Below, one piece after another: positions 54,999 through 64,000 of a stretch of DNA of 64,000 nucleotides. Each line of letters starts with the position of its first letter. Position 1 is the stretch's first letter. The notes beneath the pieces were generated by a model. That model made no database searches and was not told the DNA's origin. It saw nothing but the letters and a program-made list of their open reading frames with translations. The DNA is from an uncultured Solirubrobacterales bacterium. GTDB taxonomy: Bacteria > Actinomycetota > Thermoleophilia > Solirubrobacterales > 70-9. The translations under genes and the position numbers were made by a program. The stretch is taken from assembly GCA_963775475.1 (NCBI GenBank), contig CAVZIP010000002.1, forward strand, positions 25,609-89,608, given 5' to 3'.

Positions 54999-55718
54999 AT
55001 GAGCGCGGACGAGCGTCCCACCCTGCTGGCGGTCCAGCACGTGCCCTGGGAGGGACCGCATCGCATCCTCGACGCCTGCGGGGCGCTCGACGTCCACACC
55101 GTGAAACCGCTCGCCGGCCAGGCGCTGCCGGCCCACGACGAGGTCGCCGGCGCGGTCGTGATGGGCGGGCCGATGAACGTCGACGAGGTCGAGCGCTTCC
55201 CGGCTCTGGCGGCGGAGCGGGAGTGGCTGGCCGAGGCGGTGGGGCGGGAGATGCCGGTGCTCGGCATCTGCCTCGGTGCGCAGCTGCTGGCGCGGGCGCT
55301 CGGAGCGGAGGTGAGGCCGGGGGCGGGGCCGGAGATCGGCTTCGCCCCGGTCGAGGTCAGCGATCCCGCCGATCCGCTCCTCGGCGGCCTCGCTCCCAGC
55401 ACCGACGTCCTCCACTGGCACGGCGACGTCTTCGACCTTCCCGACGGCGCCAAGTCGCTGGCCTCCTCCGCCCGGACCGAGCACCAGGCCTTCCGCGCCG
55501 GCAACGCCTGGGGCGTGCTCTTCCATCCCGAGGCCGACTTCGCCCTGGTCGAGGCCTGGCTCGCTGTCCCGGAGATGATCGACGCCGCCTGTGCGGCGCT
55601 GGGCAACGACGGCGCCGCCGGGCTGCCGGGTCAGGCGAGCGCGGCCGAGGCCACGTTGGTCGAGTGCACCAGGCCGGGATTCGAGACCTTCGCGCAGCTT
55701 GTTGCCGCAAACGGGTAG
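54999..55718 (+). CDS. class I glutamine amidotransferase-like protein
   Basis: GICLGAQLLA nucleophile-elbow motif, and HWHGD.F.LP further on. Confidence 0.85.
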   Translation: MSADERPTLLAVQHVPWEGPHRILDACGALDVHTVKPLAGQALPAHDEVAGAVVMGGPMNVDEVERFPALAAEREWLAEAVGREMPVLGICLGAQLLARALGAEVRPGAGPEIGFAPVEVSDPADPLLGGLAPSTDVLHWHGDVFDLPDGAKSLASSARTEHQAFRAGNAWGVLFHPEADFALVEAWLAVPEMIDAACAALGNDGAAGLPGQASAAEATLVECTRPGFETFAQLVAANG

Positions 55719-55761
55719 TGCATGCGCGACAGCGTCGATGTCCGACCGAAGGAGGAGCGCC

Positions 55762-56715
55762 GTGGAGGTCTGTCTGATGATCGAGGGCCAGGAGGACGTG
55801 ACCTGGGAGGACTGGCGGGCGATCGCGGCGGCCTGCGAGGAGCACGGGGTGGGGACCCTGTTCCGCTCCGACCACTACCTCTCGGTCGACGACCGGCGCG
55901 AGCGCGGCTCGCTCGATGCCTGGACCACGATCGCGGCCCTGGCCGCCATCACCGGCGACCTGCGCCTCGGGACCCTGGTCTCACCGGCGACCTTCCGCCA
56001 TCCGGCGGTGCTGGCGAAGTCGGTGGTCACCGCCGACCACGTCTCCGGCGGCCGGGTCGAGCTCGGTATCGGCGCCGGCTGGTGGGAGCGCGAGCACGCG
56101 GCCTACGGCATCCCCATGCCCGAGGTCGGCCCGCGCATGGACGCGCTCGAGGAGCAGCTGGAGCTGATCCCTCGCTACTGGGAAGACGGCCCCTTCAACT
56201 ACGAGGGCCGCTGCTACCGCGCCGAGAACCTCGACGCGCTGCCAAAGCCGGTTCAGCAACCGCGGCCGCCGCTGATCCTCGGCGGCAAAGGCGGCCCCCG
56301 CAGCCTCCGTCTCGCCGCCCGCTTCGCCGACGAGTACAACACGGTGATGTCGACGGCGGCTGAGATCGCCGACGTCCGCAAGCGGCTCGACCAGGCCTGC
56401 GAAGCGGCGGATCGCGATCCCGCCAACCTGCCGCTCTCGATGATGACCGGCTGGCTCGTCGCCGCCGACCGCGACGAACTGCGCAACCGCGCCAGCCGCC
56501 TTTCGCGATGGGGAGGTGAGGGCGACGACGGCGACGCCTTCCTGGCCGACATCAGGAAGGGGACGATCGTCGGCACCGTGCCCGAAGCCCTCGAGCAGCT
56601 GCAGGAGCTGGAAGACGCGGGCCTGACCCGCCTCATGGCCCAGCACCTCCTCCACCGCGACCTCGACGCCATCGAGCTGATCGGCCGCGACGTAATCCCC
56701 GCCCTGGCCCGCTAG
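55762..56715 (+). CDS. LLM-class (luciferase-like) flavin/F420-dependent oxidoreductase
   Basis: GTG start giving VEVCLMIEGQEDVTWEDW...FRSDHYLSV...GRVELGIGAGWWEREH..., the luciferase-like TIM-barrel pattern. Confidence 0.8.
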   Translation: MEVCLMIEGQEDVTWEDWRAIAAACEEHGVGTLFRSDHYLSVDDRRERGSLDAWTTIAALAAITGDLRLGTLVSPATFRHPAVLAKSVVTADHVSGGRVELGIGAGWWEREHAAYGIPMPEVGPRMDALEEQLELIPRYWEDGPFNYEGRCYRAENLDALPKPVQQPRPPLILGGKGGPRSLRLAARFADEYNTVMSTAAEIADVRKRLDQACEAADRDPANLPLSMMTGWLVAADRDELRNRASRLSRWGGEGDDGDAFLADIRKGTIVGTVPEALEQLQELEDAGLTRLMAQHLLHRDLDAIELIGRDVIPALAR

Positions 56716-56729
56716 ATTGAAAGCCGCGA

Positions 56730-56803
56730 GGTGGCTGTAGCTCAGCTGGTAGAGCTCCTGGTTGTGGTCCAGGCGGTCGCCGGTTCGAATCCGGTCAGCC
56801 ACC
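56730..56803 (+). tRNA. tRNA-His (anticodon GTG)
   Basis: G-1 plus acceptor GTGGCTG/CAGCCAC, D arm GCTC-AGCTGGTA-GAGC, anticodon arm CCTGG-TTGTGGT-CCAGG, T arm GCCGG-TTCGAAT-CCGGT. Confidence 0.9.
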
Positions 56804-56947
56804 CCTCTGAGATCGCGGCAAACGGCGAGCTTTGACAGCCGACCTCTCACGCTCACCGCCACCGCTTTGCATCGCTCTGCCATTGGCCGTGCGCCGCGAC
56901 GCGCAGGGGTTTGCAAACGAAACTCGTCATGGTACTAATACTTAATC

Positions 56948-59275
56948 TTGAGTAGAGCGGGAGCAGCCGATTGCTGGCGAGGCCGGCGCGGGGTGGCGCT
57001 GTGGATGGCGTTCGGGTGTGGTCTGCTCGCGTGGCTGCTCGCTCCTGGGCCTGCCGCCGCCAGCCAGGCCGGGCCGTCGTTTGATGCGCATGGGAGCGTC
57101 GAGCAGGTTTATGCCACGGGCCTTCCGCCGGGCGCTCAGGTGTCTCTTTACGACAGCGAAGGGGGCGAGGTCGCTACGAAGAGCGCCGGCGACCTCGGGG
57201 GGACCCTCTTTCGCGAAGTGGCTCCGGGCGGCGGCTATACCGTCGGTCTGACGTCCGGGGGCCCCAGGTCGGATCCGCTCCAGGTCCTCACGACCCAGTC
57301 CGCGCCGCCCAGCACCGACATCTACAGCCAGTCGATCCCCTCGAGCGGGTACGGGTACCTCACCACCCGCGACGGGATCAAGCTGGCGATCAACGTCCAT
57401 CCGCCGCAGGACGTGACGAAAGTCCTTCCCGGAGTCGAGCTGCCGCCGCTGCCGAGCGGTCCGACGCCGACCCTGATCGAGTACTCGGGCTACGGGTACG
57501 CCGACCCGGCCGGGCCCGAAAACGGGCTCTCGATCCTCGCCAACCTGATGGGCTTCACGGTCGTCGACGTCAACATGCGCGGCACCGGCTGCTCCGGCGG
57601 CGCCTTCGACTTCTTCGAGCCGCTGCAGAGCCTCGACGGCTACGACGTGATCGAGACGATCGCGCGCCAGCCGTGGGTCCTGCACGACAAGGTCGGGATG
57701 ATGGGCATCTCCTACGGCGGCATCAGCCAGCTGTTCACCGCCGCCACCCAGCCGCCGAGCCTGGCGGCGATCTCGCCGCTGTCGGTGATCGACAACACCC
57801 AGACGACGCTCTATCCGGGCGGCATCCTCAACACCGGGTTCGCGCTCGAATGGGCCAAGGATCGGGTCCACGATGCCGAAGCGGCGTCTCCGACCGCGGG
57901 TCAGGGATGGGCCTACAAACGCATCCAGGAAGGCGACCAGACCTGCGCGGCCAATCAGGCCCTGCACCCCGAGGCGGTGGATCTCCTCAAAAAGATCGAA
58001 GAAAACGATCACTACAAACCCGAGGTCGCCGACCCGCTCTCGCCGATCACCTTCGTCGACAAGATCGACGTGCCGACCTTCCTGGCCTGCCAGTGGACCG
58101 ACGAGCAGACCGGTGGCCACTGCCCGGCCCTGGCCAAGCACTTCACCGGCACGCAACGGAAGTGGTTCACCTTCACCAACGGCACGCACGTCGACTCGCT
58201 GGACCCGGCGACGTTCAACCGCTGGTACGACTTCCTCCAGCTCTTCGTCGCAAAACGGCCGCCGATCCTCGGTTCCGCGGCGATCCGCGCTGGGGCGCCG
58301 CTGATCTACCAGGAAGCGATGGGCATCCCCGCGGTCACGCTGCCTCTGGATTCCATCCAGCTGCTGCCGACCTATGGATTGGCGCTGGCCGCCTTCGAAA
58401 AACTGAAGCCGGTCAGGGTTCTCTTCGACAGCGGCGCCGGAGGGCTCTTGCCGGGCCGGCCCTACCCCAGCTACGAGAAGTCCTTCGACGAGTTCCCCGT
58501 GCCGGGCACCGAAGCCAAGGCCTGGTACCTCTCGCCGGGTGGCGGTCTGAGCGGCACTCCGCCCGCCGGCTCGGGTGCCGACGAATTCACCTGGGACGCG
58601 GACGCCCTGCCGAGGACCGATTTCAGCGGCGACACCGGCGCCGGCTCCGGTGGTCTCTGGACGGCGATGCCCAAATACGAATGGGCGCAGAGCCCGCCGG
58701 GAAGCGCCGCCTCCTACCTCACCGCCCCGCTGACCGCGAACGCGACCGTGCTCGGGGCCGGCGCCGTGAACGTCTGGGTCCGCTCCTCCACCCCGAACGT
58801 CGACCTGCAGGCGACGATCAGCGAGGTGAGGCCCGACGGCAAGGAGACCTTCGTCCAGAACGGCTGGGTGCGAGGCAACGAGCGCAAGCTCGACCCCGAG
58901 AAGAGCACCCCGCTCGAGCCGGTGCTGAGCCTGCGGGAATCCGACGTCTCCCCGCTTCCGGCCGACCAGTTCGTGCCGGTCACGATCCCGCTCTACTACG
59001 AGGGGCACGCCTATCGAGCCGGCTCGCGGATTCGGGTGACGATCGCCGCCCCCAACGGCACCCAGCCGATCTGGGCCTTCGATCAAACCGAGCCGGAGGG
59101 CACCGCGCAGGTCGTGATCGCCCACGGCGGCGACACGCCTTCGAACCTCCTGCTGCCCGTCGTGCCGGGGCTGAGCGTGCCGGCCGGCCTGCCTCCCTGC
59201 CCGGGTCTGCGGGGGGAGCCGTGCCGTGACTATCAGGCCTTCGCGAACCAGCCGTTCGAGGCGCTCGCGGGGTGA
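56948..59275 (+). CDS. CocE/NonD family hydrolase (S15 X-Pro dipeptidyl-peptidase-like), secreted
   Basis: Signal-like RGRRGVALWMAFGCGLLAWLLAPGPAAA, ...YGYLTTRDGIKLAINV..., nucleophile GISYGG. Start uncertain (TTG 56948 or ATG 57005). Confidence 0.85.
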   Translation: MSRAGAADCWRGRRGVALWMAFGCGLLAWLLAPGPAAASQAGPSFDAHGSVEQVYATGLPPGAQVSLYDSEGGEVATKSAGDLGGTLFREVAPGGGYTVGLTSGGPRSDPLQVLTTQSAPPSTDIYSQSIPSSGYGYLTTRDGIKLAINVHPPQDVTKVLPGVELPPLPSGPTPTLIEYSGYGYADPAGPENGLSILANLMGFTVVDVNMRGTGCSGGAFDFFEPLQSLDGYDVIETIARQPWVLHDKVGMMGISYGGISQLFTAATQPPSLAAISPLSVIDNTQTTLYPGGILNTGFALEWAKDRVHDAEAASPTAGQGWAYKRIQEGDQTCAANQALHPEAVDLLKKIEENDHYKPEVADPLSPITFVDKIDVPTFLACQWTDEQTGGHCPALAKHFTGTQRKWFTFTNGTHVDSLDPATFNRWYDFLQLFVAKRPPILGSAAIRAGAPLIYQEAMGIPAVTLPLDSIQLLPTYGLALAAFEKLKPVRVLFDSGAGGLLPGRPYPSYEKSFDEFPVPGTEAKAWYLSPGGGLSGTPPAGSGADEFTWDADALPRTDFSGDTGAGSGGLWTAMPKYEWAQSPPGSAASYLTAPLTANATVLGAGAVNVWVRSSTPNVDLQATISEVRPDGKETFVQNGWVRGNERKLDPEKSTPLEPVLSLRESDVSPLPADQFVPVTIPLYYEGHAYRAGSRIRVTIAAPNGTQPIWAFDQTEPEGTAQVVIAHGGDTPSNLLLPVVPGLSVPAGLPPCPGLRGEPCRDYQAFANQPFEALAG

Positions 59276-59317
59276 GGAGGTCGGTGCGGGGCGGTAGCTC
59301 GACCGCCCCGCCCCAGC

Positions 59318-60160
59318 TCACGATCGCCTTTTTCCGATCGCGAGCAGGTACTCCATCTCGAAGCGGGCGTCGTCGGCGCTGCCCAGGTTCTGCTCCTCGT
59401 AGTAGTTGTCCAGCGCCTGCTCGAACTCCGCCTCGCGGTCGTTGCGGCGCGCGTTCGCCTGGGCTGCGATCGTCGGGCCGTAGCGCTGCTTGAAGTGTTC
59501 GGCGTAGTCGGCGGGGCGCTCGAAGGCGGTCACCTCGAGCATGTCGCGCTCGAGCGTGTCGAGCTCGACGCGGTCGCCGAGCAGCTCGCGCAGGTGCTCC
59601 TCGCTGCCCCAGAGCGGCGGCGGCTGCGCCCCCGGAGGCGGCGCCGGGGCGAACGGCCCGATCGTGCGGAAGAGGCCGCCGATCATCCCCTCCGGGGTCC
59701 AGCTCAGCAGCCCGATCGTCCCGCCCGGGCGGCAGACCCGCACCAGCTCGTCGGCGGCCGCCTGGTGGTGGGGCGCGAACATCACCCCGATCGAGGAGAT
59801 GACGACGTCGAAGCTGGCGTCCTCGAACGGCAGGTCCTCGGCGTCGGCCTCGGCCCATTCGAGCTCCACGCCCTCGGCCTCGGCGCGGGCGCGGCCGGCC
59901 TCGAACAGCTCCGGCGTCAGGTCGCTGGCGACGACCTCCGCTCCGCGGCCGGCCGCGGGGATCGCCGCGTTGCCGGTCCCGGCGGCGACGTCGAGGACGC
60001 GCATCCCGGGGCCGATCTCGCAGGCCTCGACGAGGCGCGGACCGAGCGGCAGCAGGAACGTCTCGACCATCGAGGGGTAATCGCCGGACGCCCACATCGA
60101 CCGGTGGCGGGCCTTGAGCTCGCGGTTCGCATCCTTCGCCTGCTCGGCAACGTCGTTCAT
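59318..60160 (-). CDS. class I SAM-dependent methyltransferase
   Basis: Motif I VLDVAAGTGN, followed by FDVVISSIGVMF. Confidence 0.9.
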   Translation of the reverse strand: MNDVAEQAKDANRELKARHRSMWASGDYPSMVETFLLPLGPRLVEACEIGPGMRVLDVAAGTGNAAIPAAGRGAEVVASDLTPELFEAGRARAEAEGVELEWAEADAEDLPFEDASFDVVISSIGVMFAPHHQAAADELVRVCRPGGTIGLLSWTPEGMIGGLFRTIGPFAPAPPPGAQPPPLWGSEEHLRELLGDRVELDTLERDMLEVTAFERPADYAEHFKQRYGPTIAAQANARRNDREAEFEQALDNYYEEQNLGSADDARFEMEYLLAIGKRRS

Positions 60161-60265
60161 TAGATCTCCTTCTCGCGTGTGCTGTTGGAGACGGTTTACG
60201 CCTCGCCGGGGATCGATTCAACTTCTAAATCTGCAGTTGGGCACGTACACTCGCGGCGAGGTCCC

Positions 60266-60970
60266 ATGCCAGAGAGCTACGGACAGTTCTGCCCGGTTGC
60301 ACAAGCGGCAGAGGTTCTGACCGAGCGCTGGACGCTGCTCGTCGTTCGTGAGCTGCTGATGGGGAGCACGCGCTTCAACGAGATCCAGCGTGGCGTCCCG
60401 CGCATGTCCTCGTCGCTGCTGAGCAAGCGGCTGCGGGAGCTGGAGCGCGCGGGGCTGCTCACCAGGCACCCGCTGCAGGGAGAGCGCGGGCACGAATACC
60501 GGCTGACCCCCGCCGGCGAGGCGCTCGGTCCCCTCGTCGTCTCGCTCGGGACTTGGAGCCGGGACCACCTGAAGCGGGAGATAACCACCGAGGAGGCCGA
60601 CCCGGCGCTGCTGATGTGGGACATGGGGAGGAGCCTTCGCCTCGACCGGCTCCCGGCGGACCGGGTCGTGACCTTCTTTCGCTACCGCGACGCCGAGGAC
60701 GGCAAGCGCGCCTGGTGGCTGGTGGCGCAGGGCTCGGGTACCGACGTCTGCTTCTCGGACCCGGGCTTCTCGGTCGACCTGAAGGTCGACGCCGAGGCGC
60801 GGGCGATGGCCGAAGTGTGGGTGGGGCAGCTCGCGCTGGGCGCGGCGATGCGCTCCGGGCGGGTGCGGATCACCGGCCCGGAGGACCTGGTGCGCAGTGT
60901 CCCGGACTGGCTGGGGCTGAGCTCGTTCGCCTATCCGGACCCGGCGGCCGTGCTTGCCGAACGGAGCTGA
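60266..60970 (+). CDS. HxlR-family winged-helix transcriptional regulator with SCP2-like C-terminal domain
   Basis: MPESYGQFCPVAQAAEVLTERWTLLVVRELLMGSTRFNEIQRGVPRMSSSLLSKRLRELERAGLL is the HxlR pattern. Divergent from the methyltransferase gene. Confidence 0.85.
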   Translation: MPESYGQFCPVAQAAEVLTERWTLLVVRELLMGSTRFNEIQRGVPRMSSSLLSKRLRELERAGLLTRHPLQGERGHEYRLTPAGEALGPLVVSLGTWSRDHLKREITTEEADPALLMWDMGRSLRLDRLPADRVVTFFRYRDAEDGKRAWWLVAQGSGTDVCFSDPGFSVDLKVDAEARAMAEVWVGQLALGAAMRSGRVRITGPEDLVRSVPDWLGLSSFAYPDPAAVLAERS

Positions 60971-61009
60971 CGCTCGGGCGTTCGACGGGATGCGTTCGGG
61001 ATGGAGGAT

Positions 61010-61348
61010 TCAGTTTTCGAGCAGGCGACTGATTGCCTGTTCGAGTGGCGGAAGATCCTTCTCCACGATCTCGAGTACGCGCTGGATGTCGATCCTGAAG
61101 TACTCGTGGGCGATCAGGTCTCGGAGCCCAGCGATATCGGTCCAAGGAATTTCGGGCGACGACTCCCGTGTCTTGGGAGCGAGATGCTTGACGGCCTCGC
61201 CGATCACCACGAACTGGAAGAGAAGGGCGTCGTGCAGCAACAGGTCCTCCTTGGCTCCGGTGATCTCCCCAACGTTTGCCAAATGAGCGCGGATCGCAGC
61301 GATCGCGTCCCTTATGTCGCGTAGGCGCTCTTGCTCATCACGGCTCAT
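61010..61348 (-). CDS. hepT: HEPN-domain toxin HepT (DUF86)
   Basis: 112 aa. R-x4-H motif in GLRDLIAHEY. The ATG overlaps the stop of the upstream MNT gene (ATGA at 61345-61348). Confidence 0.85.
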   Translation of the reverse strand: MSRDEQERLRDIRDAIAAIRAHLANVGEITGAKEDLLLHDALLFQFVVIGEAVKHLAPKTRESSPEIPWTDIAGLRDLIAHEYFRIDIQRVLEIVEKDLPPLEQAISRLLEN

Positions 61349-61872
61349 AAGGGCAGCGCCTCGGCTAGCACCTTGTCGCGAATGCGCTCCTTGAGCATGT
61401 CTGCGGTTGCGACGTCGACGGGTAGATCGAGAATCTCCGCAACCTCGCGGCGAAAGGCGGCGAGGTTGAGAAGCGTGCGGCCTGGCTTGAGGTCGACCAA
61501 GAGATCGACATCGCTTGCGGCTTTTGCTTCGCCGCGAGCGAGCGATCCGAATACACGCAACCTGCCGACACCATGCTTTTCGGCGGCGTCGAGCAGCCGG
61601 CGACGCTGGCGGCGCAGCTTGTTGGCCTGTGGACCGAGCTGACTGCGCATGGAGGTGATGGCGGCAGAAGGCTGGGCGGGGGGGGTCTGGATCTCCAGAC
61701 GTCGACCGCACCCGGCCAGGAGCCGCTCCAGCGTTGGCAGGGTGGGAAGGGCTGCGCCCGTCTCATACCGGGCAAGTGCCGACTGAGAGGTCCCGGCGCG
61801 TGCGGCTAGGTCTACCTGTGAAAGATTCGCGTCGAATCGCGCTTGGCGAAGAGTGTCAGCGAGCGAAGGCAT
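61345..61872 (-). CDS. mntA: XRE-HTH-fused minimal nucleotidyltransferase (MntA-type antitoxin)
   Basis: The N-terminal LRQARFDANLSQVDLAARAGTSQSALARYETG is an XRE HTH. The C-terminal RVFGSLARGEAKAASDVDLLVDL is the GSxxRG...DxD nucleotidyltransferase motif. Confidence 0.85.
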   Translation of the reverse strand: MPSLADTLRQARFDANLSQVDLAARAGTSQSALARYETGAALPTLPTLERLLAGCGRRLEIQTPPAQPSAAITSMRSQLGPQANKLRRQRRRLLDAAEKHGVGRLRVFGSLARGEAKAASDVDLLVDLKPGRTLLNLAAFRREVAEILDLPVDVATADMLKERIRDKVLAEALPL

Positions 61873-61909
61873 AGGAGCAATATACCGATATCGGTATATT
61901 GCTCCTATG
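61870..61909. promoter_or_regulatory. perfect 40-bp palindrome spanning the mntA start codon (candidate operator / 5' hairpin)
   Basis: CATAGGAGCAATATACCGAT|ATCGGTATATTGCTCCTATG, checked base by base. The same peptide RHRSNIPISVYCSYA appears in track ORFs on both strands. Confidence 0.6.
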
Positions 61910-61971
61910 CCGGCCGCAGCCGAGTCGCGAGGTTGCGTGCGCGGGAGTCGTCCGCCAAGCTAGGGGCAAGC

Positions 61972-63312
61972 ATGAGGTCGCGCTCCGCCCTACCCCCGGG
62001 CCCCTCGCTCCCGGCGGCCATGCAGATGGCCGGCTTCTGGACGAGGCCACTCGCCTTCCTCGAGCGTTGTCGCGCCCGCTACGGCAAGCGGTTCACGATC
62101 CAGCTTCCGGCCACGCCGCCGTTCGTGATGATCACCGATCCCGACCAGGTGAAGCAGGTCTTCACCGCCCCTCCCGACGTTCTCCGCCCCGGCCAGGGCG
62201 CCCGCGTGCTGGAGCCGGTCGTCGGCAGCAACTCGGTGATCCTGCTCGACGAAGGGGCGCACATGGAGCAGCGCAAGCTGATGCTCCCGGCCTTCCACGG
62301 CGAGCGCATGGAGCGCCTCGCCGGGCTGATGGAGGAGGTGACGGCCGAGGAGGTCGCGGCGCTGCCGAGGGAAACGCCGGTCGCGCTGCACCCGCGGATG
62401 CAGGACCTGACGCTGAAGGTGATCCTGCGCGCGGTCTTCGGCCTCGACCCCGGGGCCCGCTTCGACGCCCTGCGGGAGCGGCTGCAGCGGATGCTTGCCT
62501 TCGGCGATAGCCCGATCAGCCTGGTGCCGCCGAAGCCGGACAGCCCGCTCAGGCGCACGCTGGAAAGCGTCGGCCCCTTCGTCAAGTTCGTGCGGATGCA
62601 GGAGGAGGTCGACGAGATCGTCTTCGCGCTGATCGCCGAGCGGCGGGATGAGGGCGCCGGGGGCGACGACGTGCTCGCGATGCTGCTCGAGGCCAGGCAC
62701 GAGGACGGCTCGCCGATGAGCGAGCAGGAGATCCGCGACGAGTTGCTCACCCTGCTCGTCGCCGGTCACGAGACGACCGCTTCCTCGCTCGCCTGGGCCT
62801 TCTCGCGCCTCGTCCACGAGCGCCCGGTGCTCGATCGGCTGGTCGAGGAGATCGACGCCGGCGAGGACGCCTACGTGACCGCGACGATCCAGGAGACGCT
62901 GCGGGCCCGTCCCGTCCTCCCGAACGTGGCGCCGCGGCTGGTGGCGAAGCCGATCGAGGTCGGCGGCTGGAGCTATCAGCCGGGCTGCAGCCTGGTCGCG
63001 AACGGCTACCTGATCCACCACGACCCGGACATCTACCCCGACCCGTACGCCTTCCGCCCCGAGCGCTTCCTCGACGACCCTCCCGGCACCTACACCTGGA
63101 TCCCGTTCGGCGGCGGCCGGCGGCGCTGCCTCGGCGCCAGCTTCGCCATGCTCGAGATGAAAGTGGTCCTCCGCACCCTGCTCGGGGCCTGCGAGGTGAG
63201 TGCCGCCGGCGACGGGGTCGAGGTCGCCCAGCGGCGGAACATCACGGTGCGCCCCGTCCGCGGTGCGCGCGTCGTGCTCGGTGCCCGCTCGCGAGTGCCG
63301 GCAGCGGCTTAG
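61972..63312 (+). CDS. cytochrome P450
   Basis: Heme-thiolate loop FGGGRRRCLGASFA, ExxR (ETLR), I-helix LVAGHETT. ATG at 61972 (MRSRSALPPGPSLP). Confidence 0.9.
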   Translation: MRSRSALPPGPSLPAAMQMAGFWTRPLAFLERCRARYGKRFTIQLPATPPFVMITDPDQVKQVFTAPPDVLRPGQGARVLEPVVGSNSVILLDEGAHMEQRKLMLPAFHGERMERLAGLMEEVTAEEVAALPRETPVALHPRMQDLTLKVILRAVFGLDPGARFDALRERLQRMLAFGDSPISLVPPKPDSPLRRTLESVGPFVKFVRMQEEVDEIVFALIAERRDEGAGGDDVLAMLLEARHEDGSPMSEQEIRDELLTLLVAGHETTASSLAWAFSRLVHERPVLDRLVEEIDAGEDAYVTATIQETLRARPVLPNVAPRLVAKPIEVGGWSYQPGCSLVANGYLIHHDPDIYPDPYAFRPERFLDDPPGTYTWIPFGGGRRRCLGASFAMLEMKVVLRTLLGACEVSAAGDGVEVAQRRNITVRPVRGARVVLGARSRVPAAA

Positions 63313-63400
63313 CACCCGCGGCCGGCTACCGGATTCGGCTCCCCTTCCTCCGGGCCGCCCTATACTGGCCCGCTTGATTTCTCAGGGGATCTTTCGGCTG

Positions 63401-64000
63401 ATGCGTTTAGGGCTCGGCGTGGCGCTGGTCGCAGTCTTGGCAGCCCCCGCCACGGCGAACGCCGCGACCGGGGCGATCGCCGGCACGGTCAGCGATGAAA
63501 CGACCCACTTGGGGATCGAGGAGATCCGGGTCTGCGCCTATCCGGTCGGTGAAGAATCCGAATGGTGGTGCGACCTGACCGGGCCGGGCGGGTCCTATGA
63601 GGTCGGCGAACTGTCTGGCGGCCAGTACCTGCTCGAATTCTCGGCGCGCCCGAGTCACCTCAACTATGTCGGCGAGAACTACGACGATGAGTCGAATTTC
63701 GAACTGGCGGATCCGGTCGAGGTCCTCGAAGGTTCGACCACGGCAGGGATCGACGCCGAGCTTGAAGTGGGGGGTCGAATCCAGGGTGAGGTGCGAACGG
63801 CACTCGGTGCGCCGCTGGAAGAAGTCTACGTCTGCGCCAACGCAGAATTCTTCGGTCCCTGTGCGGAAACCGACAGCGGCGGCGACTACGAGTTGGTCGG
63901 GCTGGCCACGGGCTCCTACCGGGTCGGCTTCTCACCTGTCTTTACCGAACAGAACCTCCAGTTCCAGTATTGGGACCACGAGACGAGTTGGGCCAGCGCC
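63401..64000 (+). CDS. secreted protein with repeated carboxypeptidase-regulatory/Cna-B-like beta-sandwich units, 3'-truncated by window edge
   Basis: The ORF is not in the track because it is open at the window edge. It reads MRLGLGVALVAVLAAPATANA, then two units of the pattern G.I.G.V....L....V.A..........TD..G.YEL.GL..G.Y.V.F. There is no in-frame stop through 64000. Confidence 0.6.
   Translation, partial: MRLGLGVALVAVLAAPATANAATGAIAGTVSDETTHLGIEEIRVCAYPVGEESEWWCDLTGPGGSYEVGELSGGQYLLEFSARPSHLNYVGENYDDESNFELADPVEVLEGSTTAGIDAELEVGGRIQGEVRTALGAPLEEVYVCANAEFFGPCAETDSGGDYELVGLATGSYRVGFSPVFTEQNLQFQYWDHETSWASA

Noticed and set aside
56804-56947. Possible integration scar or promoter after tRNA-His (TTGCAA-N16-TACTAA at 56911-56938; a GCAAAC-containing stretch resembling the intergenic repeat).
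   Set aside because: There is no duplicated tRNA 3' end and no integrase. The similarity to the repeat family is limited to a few bases. The promoter-like hexamers are plausible but unsupported without mapping.
1-64000. Search for CRISPR arrays, rRNA genes, intact IS elements, integrases, reverse transcriptases and prophage blocks.
   Set aside because: None was seen. The only tandem repeats are the 21-bp coding repeats at 19712-19816 and the duplicated unit in the 19225-19375 element. The only transposase trace is the IS630 fragment.

Overview
The window is a strongly GC-rich bacterial chromosome segment with pronounced GC3 bias. Gene content looks like Actinomycetota; that is an inference, since no search could be run. 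I can support about 75 protein genes, 3 tRNAs (Pro-TGG, Arg-TCT, His-GTG), and no rRNA, CRISPR array, or intact transposase or integrase. The backbone is housekeeping: acpS-nnr-CBS-alr-cca-infA; a canonical aa3 oxidase cluster (ctaC-ctaD-x-ctaE) with a cytochrome c-ctaA operon; a beta-oxidation block (acd, ech, hbd, thiolase, ETF-QO); redox genes (trxB, prx, msrA); and envelope genes (GT4, PAP2, NlpC/P60). Small, visibly lower-GC islets interrupt this backbone. They carry a RelA/SpoT-domain toxSAS-like two-gene module between acpS and nnr, vapBC next to tRNA-Pro, a HepT/HTH-MNT pair with a perfect 40-bp palindrome over its start codon, and an IS630/XRE scar with a DUF2335 gene. The most unusual item is a second oxidase-like operon (subunit II-like, subunit I-like, ctaB). 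Nearly all heme, CuB and CuA ligand residues in it are substituted, yet the membrane scaffold is preserved. Other items are a paired active/degenerate P-loop ATPase module, a tandem USP-like gene inside the cta operon, and an intergenic repeat family. At least nine single-base frameshifts break otherwise intact genes; these are probably sequence-quality artefacts. Many long ORFs in the track are GC-driven shadow frames or chimeras.
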